NCBI GenBank assembly: GCA_902634075.1
Contig: CACPJA010000002.1
Coordinates: 49,643 to 113,642 of the forward strand
Direction: 5' to 3'
Origin: an uncultured Gammaproteobacteria bacterium
Lineage (GTDB): Bacteria > Pseudomonadota > Gammaproteobacteria > Steroidobacterales > UBA11654
DNA: 64,000 bases
Below are positions 46,875-58,500 of the stretch, piece by piece. Numbering within the stretch: the stretch's first letter is position 1; each line of letters starts with the position of its first letter. Made by a program: the position numbers and the translations under genes. The notes beneath the pieces were generated by a model. The model made no database searches and was not told the DNA's origin. It saw only the letters and a list, made by a program, of their open reading frames with translations.

Positions 46875-48383
46875 TTAACTTTTATTACTATTGTCTTCAT
46901 CAAACCAGATTTCTCTGGCTTCCATAATGATTTCGGCTGCAATCTCTTCATTTAATCCTTCAATATCTATTAATTCGTCAACTGATTGTTCCGCTAGTTT
47001 TTCTCTTGTATTGATACCATTTCTAGCTAGAGAATAAGCTAATTCTTCATCAACAGACTTAAGCTTTAACAAATCTTCCTCAGGGCCATGTTCGTCTAAA
47101 TTTTCTTCAGTTGAGATTGCCTCAATAAGTAGTTTATCTTGAGCTCTCTCTCTGAGCTCATTGACAAGTTTTTCATCAAAGCCTTCAATTTTTTCAAGTT
47201 CTGAGATTGGAACATAGGCGACTTGTTCTATTGTTGTAAAACCTTCTTGGGCTAGTAAAATTGCCACATCTTCACCAACTGATAATGTTTCAACAAAAAG
47301 ATCTGTAATTTCTTTAAGTTCTGCATCATCTTTCTCAAGTGCTTCTGATTCACTTAAAATATTCAACTTCCATTGTGTAAGCTCACTAGCAAGTCTAATA
47401 TTTTGGCCTCCTCTTCCAATTGCTTGTGATAATTTAGCTTCTTCTACAGCAATATCCATGGATTGATTTTCTTCGTCAACCACGATAGAAACAACATTTG
47501 CTGGTGACATAGCGTTAACTACATATTGAGCATCATTATCAGACCAAAGAATTATATCTATCCTCTCGCCATTAAGTTCATTTGAAACAGACTGAACCCT
47601 AGAACCCCTCATGCCAACACATGCACCAACAGCATCAATTCTTTTATCATCAGATCGGACAGCAATTTTTGCTCTAAGGCCAGGATCTCTTGAGGCGCCT
47701 ACAATTTCTATTAAGTTTTGAGTAATTTCAGGTACTTCAATTTTAAAAAGTTCTATTAAAAATTCTGGCATAACTCTAGAAAGGATTAAGGGTGGCCCTT
47801 TTAAATCAGTGTTTATCTCTTTTAAGAGGGCTTTGATTCTATCTTGAGGTCTCATTGCTTCTTTAGCAATCATTTCTCTTCTTGGAAGAAAAGCTTCAGA
47901 GTTATTGCCTATATCAATATAAAATCCATTACGATCCACTCTTTTTACAATCCCGCTAACTAACTCACCTAGATTATCTTTAAATTGATCTATAGTTTTT
48001 TGTTTTTCAGCTTCTCTTACTTTTTGAACTATTACCTGTTTGGCAATTTGAGCGCCGATTCTTCCAAAGTCTACGGATTCAATTTCTTGTAGAACATATT
48101 CTCCAGGTGATGCATCTTTTTGGATATCAACTGCATCTATCATCCTTAGTTCAATATCAGGATCCTCTAATTCTCTTGAATCATCCTCAAACACCATCCA
48201 TTGCCTAAAGGTCTTATAATCGCCCGTCTCTCTGTCAATAATAACTCTGACATCCATATTTTCCTGGTACTTTTTTTTAGTAGCTGATGCTATTGCGTTC
48301 TCGATTGCTTCAAATAATACTTCTCTCTCGACATCTTTAGCTTCAGACACTGTGTCTACAACTTTTATGATTTCTGCTGCCAT
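46875..48383 (-). CDS. nusA: transcription termination/antitermination factor NusA
   Basis: 502 aa. S1 and two KH domains (GACVGMRGSRVQ; AIGRGGQNIRLA) plus C-terminal acidic repeat domains. Confidence 0.95.
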   Translation of the reverse strand: MAAEIIKVVDTVSEAKDVEREVLFEAIENAIASATKKKYQENMDVRVIIDRETGDYKTFRQWMVFEDDSRELEDPDIELRMIDAVDIQKDASPGEYVLQEIESVDFGRIGAQIAKQVIVQKVREAEKQKTIDQFKDNLGELVSGIVKRVDRNGFYIDIGNNSEAFLPRREMIAKEAMRPQDRIKALLKEINTDLKGPPLILSRVMPEFLIELFKIEVPEITQNLIEIVGASRDPGLRAKIAVRSDDKRIDAVGACVGMRGSRVQSVSNELNGERIDIILWSDNDAQYVVNAMSPANVVSIVVDEENQSMDIAVEEAKLSQAIGRGGQNIRLASELTQWKLNILSESEALEKDDAELKEITDLFVETLSVGEDVAILLAQEGFTTIEQVAYVPISELEKIEGFDEKLVNELRERAQDKLLIEAISTEENLDEHGPEEDLLKLKSVDEELAYSLARNGINTREKLAEQSVDELIDIEGLNEEIAAEIIMEAREIWFDEDNSNKS

Positions 48384-48392
48384 TTTCTTCCT

Positions 48393-48848
48393 TTATTTAA
48401 ATTTAGGTACAATTCTACAAATATCAATTGAGTCTATATCAATTGTAGATTTAATATTATCAACCATCACTTCAATTTCATTTCCATGTCTGGTTAATAA
48501 TTCTCCTTTATAATTCTTTCTATTATCTATCTTTTCCTTAAGTTTAATTTTTACAGTTTTACCTATAAATCTATCAAAATGTTCTTTTGTTATTAATTTT
48601 CTATTAAGTCCTGGTGAAGAAACTTCAAGTTGATAAGCGCCTTCTTCGTTCTCATTATCAAGTATAGGCTCAATTAACTTGGAAGCTTTAACGCAATCAT
48701 CTAACGTCACTCCATCTAAATGGTCTATAAATGTAACAATTTTAAGCCCATTACTATTAGGGCTACACTCTATTTCCATTAATTCAAAACCAATTGAATT
48801 AATTGAATTTTCTATCTCATCTCTAACCTTTCTATCTAAAATATCCAT
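48393..48848 (-). CDS. rimP: ribosome maturation factor RimP
   Basis: IGFELMEIE... pattern in the conserved position ahead of nusA. The track start at 48890 is TTG and would run through the terminator hairpin; the ATG at 48848 (MDILDRKV) lies just after it. Confidence 0.85.
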   Translation of the reverse strand: MDILDRKVRDEIENSINSIGFELMEIECSPNSNGLKIVTFIDHLDGVTLDDCVKASKLIEPILDNENEEGAYQLEVSSPGLNRKLITKEHFDRFIGKTVKIKLKEKIDNRKNYKGELLTRHGNEIEVMVDNIKSTIDIDSIDICRIVPKFK

Positions 48849-48857
48849 TTCCAATTT

Positions 48858-48882
48858 CCAAAAATAAAGCCCCAGACGGGGC
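48858..48882 (-). terminator. rho-independent terminator/attenuator after tRNA-fMet
   Basis: On the minus strand: GCCCC-GTCT-GGGGC hairpin (48882-48869) followed by TTTATTTTTGG. The position is equivalent to the leaky terminator between metY and rimP in E. coli. Confidence 0.55.
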
Positions 48883-48892
48883 CTAACCAAAA

Positions 48893-48969
<77 letters not shown>

Positions 48970-48998
48970 TCTGTGCTGATGATACTAATCCTTTTTTA

Positions 48999-50432
48999 TC
49001 AATCAATCAATAAAAATGGGGAAAATATAGATCTACAGAAATTAATAATTGGAGATGGATATATACCAAGAAGAAGAATTGATAATCCAACGAGTGAAAT
49101 AGATGTTTTCTGAAAAATATTAGGACTTCCTTTCATTATAGGGAGTTCATTCTTTTCAAAATACATGTACCAAACAATTCTTAAGTAATAGAAAGCTGCA
49201 ATCACAGAGACTATTATGCCAATGAGAGCAATCGATAACATGTCTGAATTGATTAATTCAGAAAGGATTATCCATTTAGCGTAGAAACCTATAAAAGGTG
49301 GAATTCCAACCATGCTAAACATCGAAAATAACATTATTAATGATATCCATGGGTGAGTAGAGTTTAGATCTTTAATATCTGCAAGAGTTACCACTGCTCT
49401 TTTTTCTGTCGAAATAACTTCTATCGACATAAATGCTGCTGCGGTCATTAAAATATAAATAACTAGATAGGCCAAAGCAGCAATTGCGCCGTCAATCGAA
49501 CCTATTGATAGGCCAATAAGTATAAAGCCAATATGACCAACAGCTGAATAACCCAATATTCGTCTTAAATTATCCTGTGCAATGGCAATTACATTGCCGA
49601 GGATTAGTGACAGTAGACCTAATAATAATATTAATAAAGACCAAAACTCTGCATTAGCTATAAAAGCTTCATAGAGGAGTCTATAGATTAAAGCAAAAGC
49701 CCCTAATTTAGGTATCGTTGAAATAAAAAGAGCTGATGAGGTACTGGCACCTTGATATGTATCTGGAACCCAACTATGGAATGGAACTGCCCCTAATTTA
49801 AAAGCTATTCCACAAATAATGAAAGCTAGAGCTAACTGCATCTCTATAGTGTTGTTTATTGTTGCATTATTGAGTTCTTCAAAGAATAGCGTCCCATGAA
49901 GACCGTATACGAAGGAGACACCATATAAAAAGATTGCAGAAGCTATCGCTCCTAGTATAAAGAATTTCATAGCTGACTCAGTGGCTATTTCAGAGGATCT
50001 TTTCGAAGCAACTAAACCGTACATTGATAAAGTTAAGGTCTCTAGCCCTAAGTATAGAGTTAACAAATTGTTTGAAGAGGCAAGAATACTCACTCCAAGT
50101 ATTGCAAAGATTTCCAATAAAACCAGTTCACTTTTTGTGTTCTCTTTATTAGTTTTTGTGCCTATGAAGATAAATAGTGCAATTAAATAAGTAGTAAATT
50201 TCAAGCCTGTTGAAAAATGATCAATTTTATAGTGATTATTGAAGATTGATGAGTTTGTTGTTTCTATTAAAAAGATCAGTGAGATTAAAGCACAAGTGGC
50301 CATTGTTATTGAGCCAATTATCAATCCGGTATAGCGTTTTTCCGTTGTAAGGAAGCTGTTGACCAGGATAAGTAGGCAAATAGCTGATGCTATAATTAAT
50401 TCAGGGGTAATCAGTGTTAATTCGTTGTTCAT
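48999..50432 (-). CDS. nuoN: NADH-quinone oxidoreductase subunit N
   Basis: 477-aa polytopic antiporter-like protein, last gene of the nuoA-N run. Confidence 0.9.
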   Translation of the reverse strand: MNNELTLITPELIIASAICLLILVNSFLTTEKRYTGLIIGSITMATCALISLIFLIETTNSSIFNNHYKIDHFSTGLKFTTYLIALFIFIGTKTNKENTKSELVLLEIFAILGVSILASSNNLLTLYLGLETLTLSMYGLVASKRSSEIATESAMKFFILGAIASAIFLYGVSFVYGLHGTLFFEELNNATINNTIEMQLALAFIICGIAFKLGAVPFHSWVPDTYQGASTSSALFISTIPKLGAFALIYRLLYEAFIANAEFWSLLILLLGLLSLILGNVIAIAQDNLRRILGYSAVGHIGFILIGLSIGSIDGAIAALAYLVIYILMTAAAFMSIEVISTEKRAVVTLADIKDLNSTHPWISLIMLFSMFSMVGIPPFIGFYAKWIILSELINSDMLSIALIGIIVSVIAAFYYLRIVWYMYFEKNELPIMKGSPNIFQKTSISLVGLSILLLGIYPSPIINFCRSIFSPFLLID

Positions 50433-50435
50433 AAA

Positions 50436-51923
50436 TTATCCACCCACCAGGTAACTAAGCGATAATATTGTTTCATTCATTGTGTCTGTTAGAGGTTTTG
50501 GCCAGACGCCTATTAACAGGATAAGAAAAGCAATTAAACTCAATGGAATAGCTTCTATTAGTTTCATATCAGGTTGAGAATTAATTTTTTCATTGGTTAC
50601 GGCACCAAAAATAACTCTTTTTATCATCCAGAGTGTATAGGCAGCCCCAATTATTAGAGTCAATGCTGATAACAGTGCTATATATATATTAACTTTAAAA
50701 GTGGCAAGAATAACGGTGAGTTCACCTACAAAACCTGATGTACCTGGGAGCGCTGCATTAGATAAAGCAAAAAAGACCATCAGTACAGAGAACTTTGGCA
50801 TTTTCGTGACTATCCCACCATATTCTTCAATATTTCTGGTGTGAAGTCGATCGTACATAACCCCTATTGATAAAAATAAGGCAGCGGAAATTAACCCGTG
50901 CGAAATCATTTGAATCATGGCCCCGCTGATAGCCAAATTTATCGTATTAAGATCCATAGAACCTGATTGGATAAAGAAAACAAAAGAGCCCAACGTGACA
51001 AAACCCATATGGGAAATTGATGAATATGCAATAAGTTTTTTCATGTCTGTTTGAGCGAGTGCGACAAGACCGATGTATATAATCGCAATCAAAGATAGAG
51101 TGATCATAATTGGAGCCATAAAAAGTGAAGCATCTGGTGTAATAGGTAAGCTAAATCTTAAGAACCCATAACCTCCCATTTTTAATAAGATAGCAGCCAG
51201 AATAACTGAACCGCCAGTAGGCGCTTCAACATGAGCATCTGGTAACCAAGTGTGTACTGGCCACATAGGGATTTTGACTGCAAAGGCAAAAAGAAAGCCC
51301 AGGAAGATAAGAATCTGTTGATTTAGAGATAGAGATACTTCATAAAAATCAGAGATCATATAGCTGCCGGTTTTCATATACAAATAGATAATAGCAACCA
51401 ACATGAAAACAGAACCTAGAAAGGTATATAGAAAGAATTTTACAGTGGCGTAGATTCTATTTTTTCCTCCCCATATCCCAATGATAAGAAACATAGGAAT
51501 CAACATTGCTTCCCAAAACACATAAAAGAGGAATGCATCTAGAGAAGAGAAGACCCCAATCATCATGCCTTCTAGTATGAGAAATGAGGCTATGTATTGA
51601 TGCATCTTATTTTTAAGAGATGTTTTTGCCGTGTAGATTACGATCGGACTTAAAAAAGTAGTTAGCATGATGAGAGGCAAAGATATTCCATCTATGCCGA
51701 GATGATAATTTATATTAAAACGATCGATCCATGGTACTTTAAGCTCAAACTGATAGGAGGCTAATGTATTATCAAAAAGTAAATACATGTAAACAGATAA
51801 GAAAAATATGGCTGATGAAATAAGTAATGAGAGTAAATAGGATAGATTTGTGCGTTTCTCGCCCAATATCAATACAACTAAGCCAGTTAATATTGGAATC
51901 CAAATTAGTTGATCAATAATCAT
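50436..51923 (-). CDS. nuoM: NADH-quinone oxidoreductase subunit M
   Basis: Antiporter-like subunit (WLPDAHVEAPTGGSVILA). The ATG at 51923 forms an ATGA overlap with the nuoL stop; the track start at 51956 is an upstream extension inside nuoL. Confidence 0.9.
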   Translation of the reverse strand: MIIDQLIWIPILTGLVVLILGEKRTNLSYLLSLLISSAIFFLSVYMYLLFDNTLASYQFELKVPWIDRFNINYHLGIDGISLPLIMLTTFLSPIVIYTAKTSLKNKMHQYIASFLILEGMMIGVFSSLDAFLFYVFWEAMLIPMFLIIGIWGGKNRIYATVKFFLYTFLGSVFMLVAIIYLYMKTGSYMISDFYEVSLSLNQQILIFLGFLFAFAVKIPMWPVHTWLPDAHVEAPTGGSVILAAILLKMGGYGFLRFSLPITPDASLFMAPIMITLSLIAIIYIGLVALAQTDMKKLIAYSSISHMGFVTLGSFVFFIQSGSMDLNTINLAISGAMIQMISHGLISAALFLSIGVMYDRLHTRNIEEYGGIVTKMPKFSVLMVFFALSNAALPGTSGFVGELTVILATFKVNIYIALLSALTLIIGAAYTLWMIKRVIFGAVTNEKINSQPDMKLIEAIPLSLIAFLILLIGVWPKPLTDTMNETILSLSYLVGG

Positions 51924-53875
51924 AGGACTAAACCTGACGACTTGAATACGACCCAAGCTAAAAACAAGGCTAAACCCAGAACCATCATCAATGCGTAATG
52001 ATATATATACCCGGATTGAAGTTCTCTTACTCTGCTAGATAAACGCCCTACTCTATAAGCCGTGCCGTTGACGATAAAATTATCGATGATTTTAATATCA
52101 CCTTTACTCCATAAAGAGTTGCCTAAATTATTAAATAATCTTGCAAAGACATTTTCGTAGAGATAGTCAAAATAGTATTTATTGATTAGAAGCTTATAAA
52201 ACGGGTTAAAGGCTGTAGACAATTTCTCTGGAATGTCTGTTTTTAATATGTAGAGGAAATAGGAAACAAAGATTCCAAAAATTGCAATATAGACAACAGG
52301 CCCTGATAGTGAATGGGTAAGAAAGTGATAGGAATCTGTAAATTCATAGCCAAATATATCATTTGAAGATGGTTGCATGATTGAGTTTGCAAAGAAGTCG
52401 TTAAAAACCAATGGCCCTATTGTTGGCCATCCTATTAACATTGAGGGAATAGCTAACAAAATCAGGGGAATCAATATCGATAACTGAGGTTCTTTTACCT
52501 TTATATTTTCGTCTTTAAGTTGCCCATGAAAGACCAAGAAAAAGAGTCTAAATGTGTATAAAGAAGTTATAAGTACTCCAATAAGTACGCAGTAGTATGC
52601 AAACTCAGAAGCATAGACGGAAGAATGAGAAACAGCTTCAATCAATGCATCTTTAGAAAAGAATCCTGAAAAACCTGGAAAACCAATCAATGCAAGAGAA
52701 CCGATAAGCGAAGTAATATAGGTGATGGGGAGTTTTGATTTCAATCCACCCATCTTTCTAATATCTTGTTCGTGATGTAAAGCAACAATAACAGACCCTG
52801 CTGCGAGAAAGAGTAAGGCTTTAAAAAAGGCGTGTGTCATAAGGTGAAATAAACTTGCTGAATAAGCGGAAACTCCTGCAGCCACAACCATATAACCTAA
52901 TTGAGACAATGTTGAATAGGCGATAACTCGTTTAATGTCGTATTGGACAAGTCCAAGCAACCCTGTGGAGATAGCTGTGATTGACCCGATGATCAAAACG
53001 AAGGATAAAGCAGTTGTGGATAACTCGAATAACGGGGACATTCTAGCCAACATAAAAACACCTGCAGTTACCATGGTGGCAGCATGGATGAGCGCTGAAA
53101 TTGGTGTAGGGCCTTCCATTGAGTCTGGAAGCCATACATGTAATGGCATCTGTGCTGACTTACCCATTGCACCTCCAAAAAGAAGTAAACATGCTAAGGT
53201 TAGGCTTGATATTTCAAAAGATGATGAGAGCTTGACAGTATTAGAAGTTATTGATTCGGTATTGTTGAAGATATGTTCATAATCCAATGTTCCAAAAATT
53301 GAAAATAGCAAAGCAATTCCTAGGATAAGGAACATATCACCTATTCTATTAATTATGAACGCTTTAAAATTTGCCTTAATGGCAGATTCTTTGGTGTACC
53401 AAAATCCAATCAAAAGATAAGACATTACACCTACTGCCTCCCACCCAAAGAAGAGTTGAAGAAAATTATTTGACATAACCAATGACAGCATGGCGAAAGT
53501 AAATAAGGAGATATAACAAAAGAAGCGATGATAACCAGGGTCTTTATGCATATAGCCAATGGTGTAGATATGCACCATAAGAGATACAAAGTTAACCACG
53601 ATCATCATGCTAACGGTCAAATTATCTATTAGAAGGCCAATTGAGAGTTTATAAGAACCGATTGATAACCACGTGTATGCGTTTTGATTAAAGACAAGTT
53701 CAGGGTTCCCAAGTATTAAAATAAGAATATATATTGAAATAATTAGCGAGATTAGAACACCGAGAATTGTCACCCCATTGGTGAAAATTTTCCCAATTTT
53801 TTTGCCGATGAAACCAGCGAGAACTCCTGTGAATAAAGGAGCAATTAAGGCAATCAAGCTTAAATTAAATAACAT
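51920..53875 (-). CDS. nuoL: NADH-quinone oxidoreductase subunit L
   Basis: 651 aa. Antiporter-like core (WLPDSMEGPTPISALIHAATMV) plus the long C-terminal extension typical of NuoL. Confidence 0.92.
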   Translation of the reverse strand: MLFNLSLIALIAPLFTGVLAGFIGKKIGKIFTNGVTILGVLISLIISIYILILILGNPELVFNQNAYTWLSIGSYKLSIGLLIDNLTVSMMIVVNFVSLMVHIYTIGYMHKDPGYHRFFCYISLFTFAMLSLVMSNNFLQLFFGWEAVGVMSYLLIGFWYTKESAIKANFKAFIINRIGDMFLILGIALLFSIFGTLDYEHIFNNTESITSNTVKLSSSFEISSLTLACLLLFGGAMGKSAQMPLHVWLPDSMEGPTPISALIHAATMVTAGVFMLARMSPLFELSTTALSFVLIIGSITAISTGLLGLVQYDIKRVIAYSTLSQLGYMVVAAGVSAYSASLFHLMTHAFFKALLFLAAGSVIVALHHEQDIRKMGGLKSKLPITYITSLIGSLALIGFPGFSGFFSKDALIEAVSHSSVYASEFAYYCVLIGVLITSLYTFRLFFLVFHGQLKDENIKVKEPQLSILIPLILLAIPSMLIGWPTIGPLVFNDFFANSIMQPSSNDIFGYEFTDSYHFLTHSLSGPVVYIAIFGIFVSYFLYILKTDIPEKLSTAFNPFYKLLINKYYFDYLYENVFARLFNNLGNSLWSKGDIKIIDNFIVNGTAYRVGRLSSRVRELQSGYIYHYALMMVLGLALFLAWVVFKSSGLVL

Positions 53876-54181
53876 CTAATTTCTCAGTGTTCTAAGTTCA
53901 TGAACATCAATGGATTTCTTGTTCCTGTACAAAGCCACTAATATAGCCAAACCAATAGCAGCCTCAGCAGCAGCAACTGTAAGTATGAAGAAAACAAAGA
54001 TTTGCCCTGCTATGTCCTGGTTAAAATATGAAAAGGCAATAAAATTAAAGTTAACTGAAATTAAAAGTAGCTCCGTACACATCATCACAATAATGATATT
54101 TTTTCGATTGATGACGATCCCTATAATGCCTATAGAAAAAATAATAGCGGCTAGAGATAAGTATGATTGAAGTGTAAGCAT
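53876..54181 (-). CDS. nuoK: NADH-quinone oxidoreductase subunit K
   Basis: 101 aa, three TM helices, conserved [13 protein letters not shown] block. Confidence 0.9.
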   Translation of the reverse strand: MLTLQSYLSLAAIIFSIGIIGIVINRKNIIIVMMCTELLLISVNFNFIAFSYFNQDIAGQIFVFFILTVAAAEAAIGLAILVALYRNKKSIDVHELRTLRN

Positions 54182-54183
54182 CG

Positions 54184-54780
54184 TTATTCTCTTTCCTTAA
54201 GATCTACTAATTTAATTCGAGTTGATGGGTCTACACTGATTTGCTCTGATGCAATTTGAGTTTTTACGTTTTTTCTAGTTCTTAATGTTAATGATATGGA
54301 GATAATAATTGCTAATAGAAGAATAAAACCAGCAATCTCAAAAGAGAGAATATAATTTGTAAAAAGCTCCTTACCTAATGCCAAAGTATTACTAACCTGG
54401 TCAGGTTCTTGAATAGATAGCGAGTTAATATTGAACTGACTAGAGTTAATCCAAATAAGTGTGATAAGTTCAGCGGCAATGATTAAGCCAATAAATAAGG
54501 CAAAAGGTGCGAGTGAATTGAAACTTGACTTGTCTCTTTCATTATTAATATTAAGCATCATTATTACGAATAGGAACAAGACCATTACAGCACCGACATA
54601 AACAAGTATTAGAACAATTGCTAAGAATTCTGCCTGAAGCAAAAGCCATAAAAAACCACTAGTGATAAATGACAATATAAGAGAAACTGCAGAATAGACT
54701 GGGTTCCTAAATAATATCACTGCCAACGATGAACAGATCAGTACTGACGAGAATGTATAAAATATAATTTCTTTAATCAC
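54184..54780 (-). CDS. nuoJ: NADH-quinone oxidoreductase subunit J
   Basis: 198-aa membrane protein between nuoI and nuoK. GTG start overlapping the nuoI stop (GTGA). Confidence 0.85.
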   Translation of the reverse strand: MIKEIIFYTFSSVLICSSLAVILFRNPVYSAVSLILSFITSGFLWLLLQAEFLAIVLILVYVGAVMVLFLFVIMMLNINNERDKSSFNSLAPFALFIGLIIAAELITLIWINSSQFNINSLSIQEPDQVSNTLALGKELFTNYILSFEIAGFILLLAIIISISLTLRTRKNVKTQIASEQISVDPSTRIKLVDLKERE

Positions 54781-55262
54781 TTGTAAGTAGAATCCTTTTT
54801 CTTGTTTGCATTTGTTTGTTCTCTGTATTTATCTCCGGTTGCTAGTAACATTTCTTTTGTTTGAATTCTTTGTTGATTTTCAGTCATGTGATATTCAAAA
54901 ATATTAGTCTCTACAATAGAGTCCACAGGACATGCTTCTTCACAAAAACCACAATAGATGCATTTAAAAGCATCTATTTCAAAACTAGTGGTCCGCCTTG
55001 TGCCGTCATCTCGTTCTTCGGATTCAATTGTTATGGCCTGTGCAGGACAGACCGCTGAGCATAATTTACAGGCAATACATCGTTCTTCACCGTTGTCGTA
55101 TCTCATTAATGCCAATTTACCTCTAAATCGAGGTGATAGAGGTGTTTTGACTTCTGGGTATTGGACTGTGACCTTTCTTGAAAAAAACGCCTTTAGAGTA
55201 ACTAAAGACCCTTTAATGAAGTCTATTAGAGTAAGTTTTTTTATTAATCTAAAGAGCCTCAT
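54777..55262 (-). CDS. nuoI: NADH-quinone oxidoreductase subunit I
   Basis: Two ferredoxin-type 4Fe-4S motifs ([12 protein letters not shown]; [12 protein letters not shown]). The ATG at 55262 overlaps the nuoH stop (ATGA); the track start at 55274 is TTG. Confidence 0.92.
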   Translation of the reverse strand: MRLFRLIKKLTLIDFIKGSLVTLKAFFSRKVTVQYPEVKTPLSPRFRGKLALMRYDNGEERCIACKLCSAVCPAQAITIESEERDDGTRRTTSFEIDAFKCIYCGFCEEACPVDSIVETNIFEYHMTENQQRIQTKEMLLATGDKYREQTNANKKKDSTYK

Positions 55263-56329
55263 GAAACGCTCCAAGGACCAATTTCAAGAGTAAACATTAT
55301 ACATTCCACTCCAATCCAAAGAATGGTTATTGGAATTAAGACCTTCCAGCCTAGGGTCATTAACTGGTCATAACGGTATCTTGGAAAAGATGCTCTTAAC
55401 CAAACGAAGATAAATAAGAAAAATAATGTTTTTAGAAGTAGCCAAAAGATACTAGGCTCAGTTAAGAATTCTAAACCTGTATCGTGAAGAAATGATAAAC
55501 CATAAAAAAAGCTCTCCCATCCACCTAGAAACATTATTGATGTTAGTACCGAGATCAGGGCCATGTTGATATATTCAGCTAAGAAGAATATTGCAAATCC
55601 CATGCCAGAGTATTCAACATGAAAGCCGGCAACTATTTCAGCTTCACCTTCAGCTAAATCAAAAGGGTGTCTGTTTGTCTCAGCAATGCCTGAAATAAAG
55701 TAGACAATAAATAACGGAAATAAAGGCACCCAGAACCAGTTAAAAATACCCCCGCTTTGTGCTTCAACAATAGCTCCTAGTTTTAAACTGCCCCCTGCCA
55801 TTAATACACCTACGAGTGCAAAACCCATTGCTATTTCGTAAGCGACCATTTGAGCTGCAGCTCTCATAGAGCCTAGAAAGGCGTATTTTGAATTAGACGA
55901 CCAACCTGCCAAAATAACCCCGTAGACACCAAAGGATGTTAAAGCCAATAAATACAATAGTCCTGCATCAATGTCGGCAATTAAGAATTCTGGATTCAAG
56001 GGGACCACAGCCCATGCTGCAAGTGCAGGTATAAGGAGTAACACAGGGGCTAGTAAAAAGAGAAAACGATCTGCTTTTGCTGGGATAATAATTTCTTTTA
56101 GTAGAAGTTTTAAAGTATCTGCAATTGTTTGCAGTAAACCAAAGGGGCCAACTCTATTAGGTCCTATTCGTGCGTGCATGTATCCAATTACTTTGCGTTC
56201 AAAATACACTAAAAAGACAACTGTAAAAATTAATCCTGCAATGACAACTGCTATCTGGAGAGAAGAGATAGTTAGAGCTATTGCCTCTGTTGACATAAAT
56301 GAAAGATAAGATGAGATTAATTCTTCCAT
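55259..56329 (-). CDS. nuoH: NADH-quinone oxidoreductase subunit H
   Basis: Polytopic. Conserved [24 protein letters not shown] and [16 protein letters not shown] blocks. ATG at 56329; the track start at 56335 is TTG. Confidence 0.92.
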   Translation of the reverse strand: MEELISSYLSFMSTEAIALTISSLQIAVVIAGLIFTVVFLVYFERKVIGYMHARIGPNRVGPFGLLQTIADTLKLLLKEIIIPAKADRFLFLLAPVLLLIPALAAWAVVPLNPEFLIADIDAGLLYLLALTSFGVYGVILAGWSSNSKYAFLGSMRAAAQMVAYEIAMGFALVGVLMAGGSLKLGAIVEAQSGGIFNWFWVPLFPLFIVYFISGIAETNRHPFDLAEGEAEIVAGFHVEYSGMGFAIFFLAEYINMALISVLTSIMFLGGWESFFYGLSFLHDTGLEFLTEPSIFWLLLKTLFFLFIFVWLRASFPRYRYDQLMTLGWKVLIPITILWIGVECIMFTLEIGPWSVS

Positions 56330-56331
56330 GA

Positions 56332-58497
56332 TCAATTATCACCCAATGATTCTTTAGTTGATTGTAAAGGTTTTGATCGTCTAAGGATTGGATCAAGGTT
56401 GTACATATTGAATTCATTCAAAGCATTTAAAGGTTCTGTCTCAGTGATTTCTATTGGGAGTTCATTAATGTAATTAGGGTTATTAATACTCTCTTGAATG
56501 AATGGAATTAATTGCTTTAAGAAATCTTCAAAAGAAGGCAATGATGTACCGCTGATATTGATTAAGTCTGACAAGAATTTTTCATTGCTCAAGTAATCAT
56601 GAGGGTGCATCATCTCATTATTAAATTCCTGAAGAGTCCCTGTTAAATTAATAAATGAGCCTTTCGACTCATAAGTGGTGTTGATGGGAATAATAATATC
56701 AGCGTATTTGTTAAAGACTTCATCTTCAAAATAACTAAAGGCAATTACGGTCTTAGAGCTTTTGATTGATTCAACTAGATTTGTCTCATAGAGACAATCT
56801 TTCGACTCAAGACCATATAATATTAATAGATCATGATTTGAGGAGGCAATCTGCAGTGCATTTAACCCTTGTTCGGAAGGTTCAGCGAGTTGGCTGCGAT
56901 GAGGAATGCAACCAGTAATATAGGCACCCACCGCATTAGCTCCATGAGACAATTCGCCTATTCTTGAACTAGAGAGTTCTGACAAAATATTGATATAACT
57001 TCGAATCAAAGCGAAATCAGGGTGCGATCTTGCTAAGAGACCATTGATTAATAATGTTTCGTCATTATTACAAAGGGATAAGGCAATTTGTTTATGCGTT
57101 CTTGTTGGTTCGGGTAATCTGCTTAAATTATCTTCAATATGATTAGGGATAGATGAGTCACTAATACTAAAGGCCGCTTTTACGAGCATTCCAATATTCT
57201 CTGTTATCGAATCGTTATCCGTCATTATGTAATCACTAATGGGAAAGTGATACTCTCTGATCGAGTTATCAATGAAGTGGATTGAGGAACCCTTATCTGC
57301 AGCTCTTTTAACCCAATGAGCAATCAATGGAGTTTCTTTTCTAAGATCAGATCCAATCACAAGAATTGTTTTCATATTTTGAATATCACTGAGATTGATA
57401 TTCAAATGTGGAAATAAAGGATCAAGTGTATCACCAGTAAAATCAATTTGATGTATACGGTGATCAATATTTTTAACACCCTGAAGAGATAGATAATTTG
57501 CTAAAAGAAATTGTTCGTTTAAAGAGATTGATGGTGAAACAAGTGCAGCTATTTTGTCTTGCGAATTGGAGTTAACTAACGAAGAAATATGTTCATTTAT
57601 CAACTTTATTGAGTCCTCATGTGAAGCTTTAACTAAGTCGCCATTTGTTCGTATTAGTGGTCCATCTAATCGATCTGATGAGTATATTCCATCAAATCCA
57701 AATCTATCTCTATCGGCTATCCATGATTCATTGATGCTGTCGTTTTGAAGAGGGACAATTCGCTTAATTTTATTGTTTTTCACGTGCATGTAGATATTTG
57801 TGCCAACACAATCGTGCGGTGAGATGCTTTTTATTTGATCTAACTCCCATGTTCTGTCGGTATAGCGATAGGGTTTATTGTTCAAAGCACCTACAGGACA
57901 TAGATCGATTATATTGCCAGATAATTCGTGATCTACAGTTTGTTCAACAAAGGTGCTGATTGTTGAAGATTCCCCTCTCCCGATGGTTCCTAGCTCTTGT
58001 ATGCCAGCTACTTCTGACCCAAAGCGTACACAACGGGTGCACATAATACATCGAGTCATATCGGTTGAAACCAAAGGACCTAAATCATCATTCGGCTTTG
58101 TTTGTTTAAGCAAGTCAAATCTAGAATTATTTTTACCATATGAATAGGCAAGATCTTGTAATTCGCACTCTCCTCCTTGATCACATATTGGACAATCTAG
58201 GGGATGATTTATTAGTAGAAACTCCATGGTTGACTCTTGTGCTGTCTTAGATGATGTAGACTGAGTGTTTACCACCATGCCGTCTGATACCGGTGTAGCA
58301 CAGGCTGGAAGTGTGTTATTGGAGTTTTCAACTTCTACTAAACACATTCGGCAATTGGCTGCAATCGAGAGCTTTTCGTGGTAGCAGAATCTTGGTATAT
58401 AGATGCCAAGTTCATCTGTGATTTCAATTAACATTTTATTTTTATCAACAGAATAAACGACGCCATCGATTGTAATTTTTACTTCGTTATCAGTCAT
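56332..58497 (-). CDS. nuoG: NADH-quinone oxidoreductase subunit G
   Basis: 721 aa. N-terminal 2Fe-2S and 4Fe-4S motifs ([15 protein letters not shown]; [18 protein letters not shown]; [10 protein letters not shown]), then a molybdopterin-like domain. Confidence 0.92.
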   Translation of the reverse strand: MTDNEVKITIDGVVYSVDKNKMLIEITDELGIYIPRFCYHEKLSIAANCRMCLVEVENSNNTLPACATPVSDGMVVNTQSTSSKTAQESTMEFLLINHPLDCPICDQGGECELQDLAYSYGKNNSRFDLLKQTKPNDDLGPLVSTDMTRCIMCTRCVRFGSEVAGIQELGTIGRGESSTISTFVEQTVDHELSGNIIDLCPVGALNNKPYRYTDRTWELDQIKSISPHDCVGTNIYMHVKNNKIKRIVPLQNDSINESWIADRDRFGFDGIYSSDRLDGPLIRTNGDLVKASHEDSIKLINEHISSLVNSNSQDKIAALVSPSISLNEQFLLANYLSLQGVKNIDHRIHQIDFTGDTLDPLFPHLNINLSDIQNMKTILVIGSDLRKETPLIAHWVKRAADKGSSIHFIDNSIREYHFPISDYIMTDNDSITENIGMLVKAAFSISDSSIPNHIEDNLSRLPEPTRTHKQIALSLCNNDETLLINGLLARSHPDFALIRSYINILSELSSSRIGELSHGANAVGAYITGCIPHRSQLAEPSEQGLNALQIASSNHDLLILYGLESKDCLYETNLVESIKSSKTVIAFSYFEDEVFNKYADIIIPINTTYESKGSFINLTGTLQEFNNEMMHPHDYLSNEKFLSDLINISGTSLPSFEDFLKQLIPFIQESINNPNYINELPIEITETEPLNALNEFNMYNLDPILRRSKPLQSTKESLGDN

Positions 58498-58500
58498 ACT

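Noticed and set aside
48849-48890. Several track ORFs have N-terminal extensions: rimP 48890, nuoM 51956, nuoF 59820, nuoC 62227, nuoI 55274, nuoH 56335, nuoE 60280, nuoA 63028, fdsG 6136, ihfB 23568, the MBL gene 8438 and the aminotransferase 20343.
   Set aside because: The extended starts I inspected are TTG or GTG codons, and the extensions run into the preceding gene or a terminator hairpin. Internal ATGs give family-typical N-termini and the usual ATGA/TGATG coupling overlaps. I used the ATGs.
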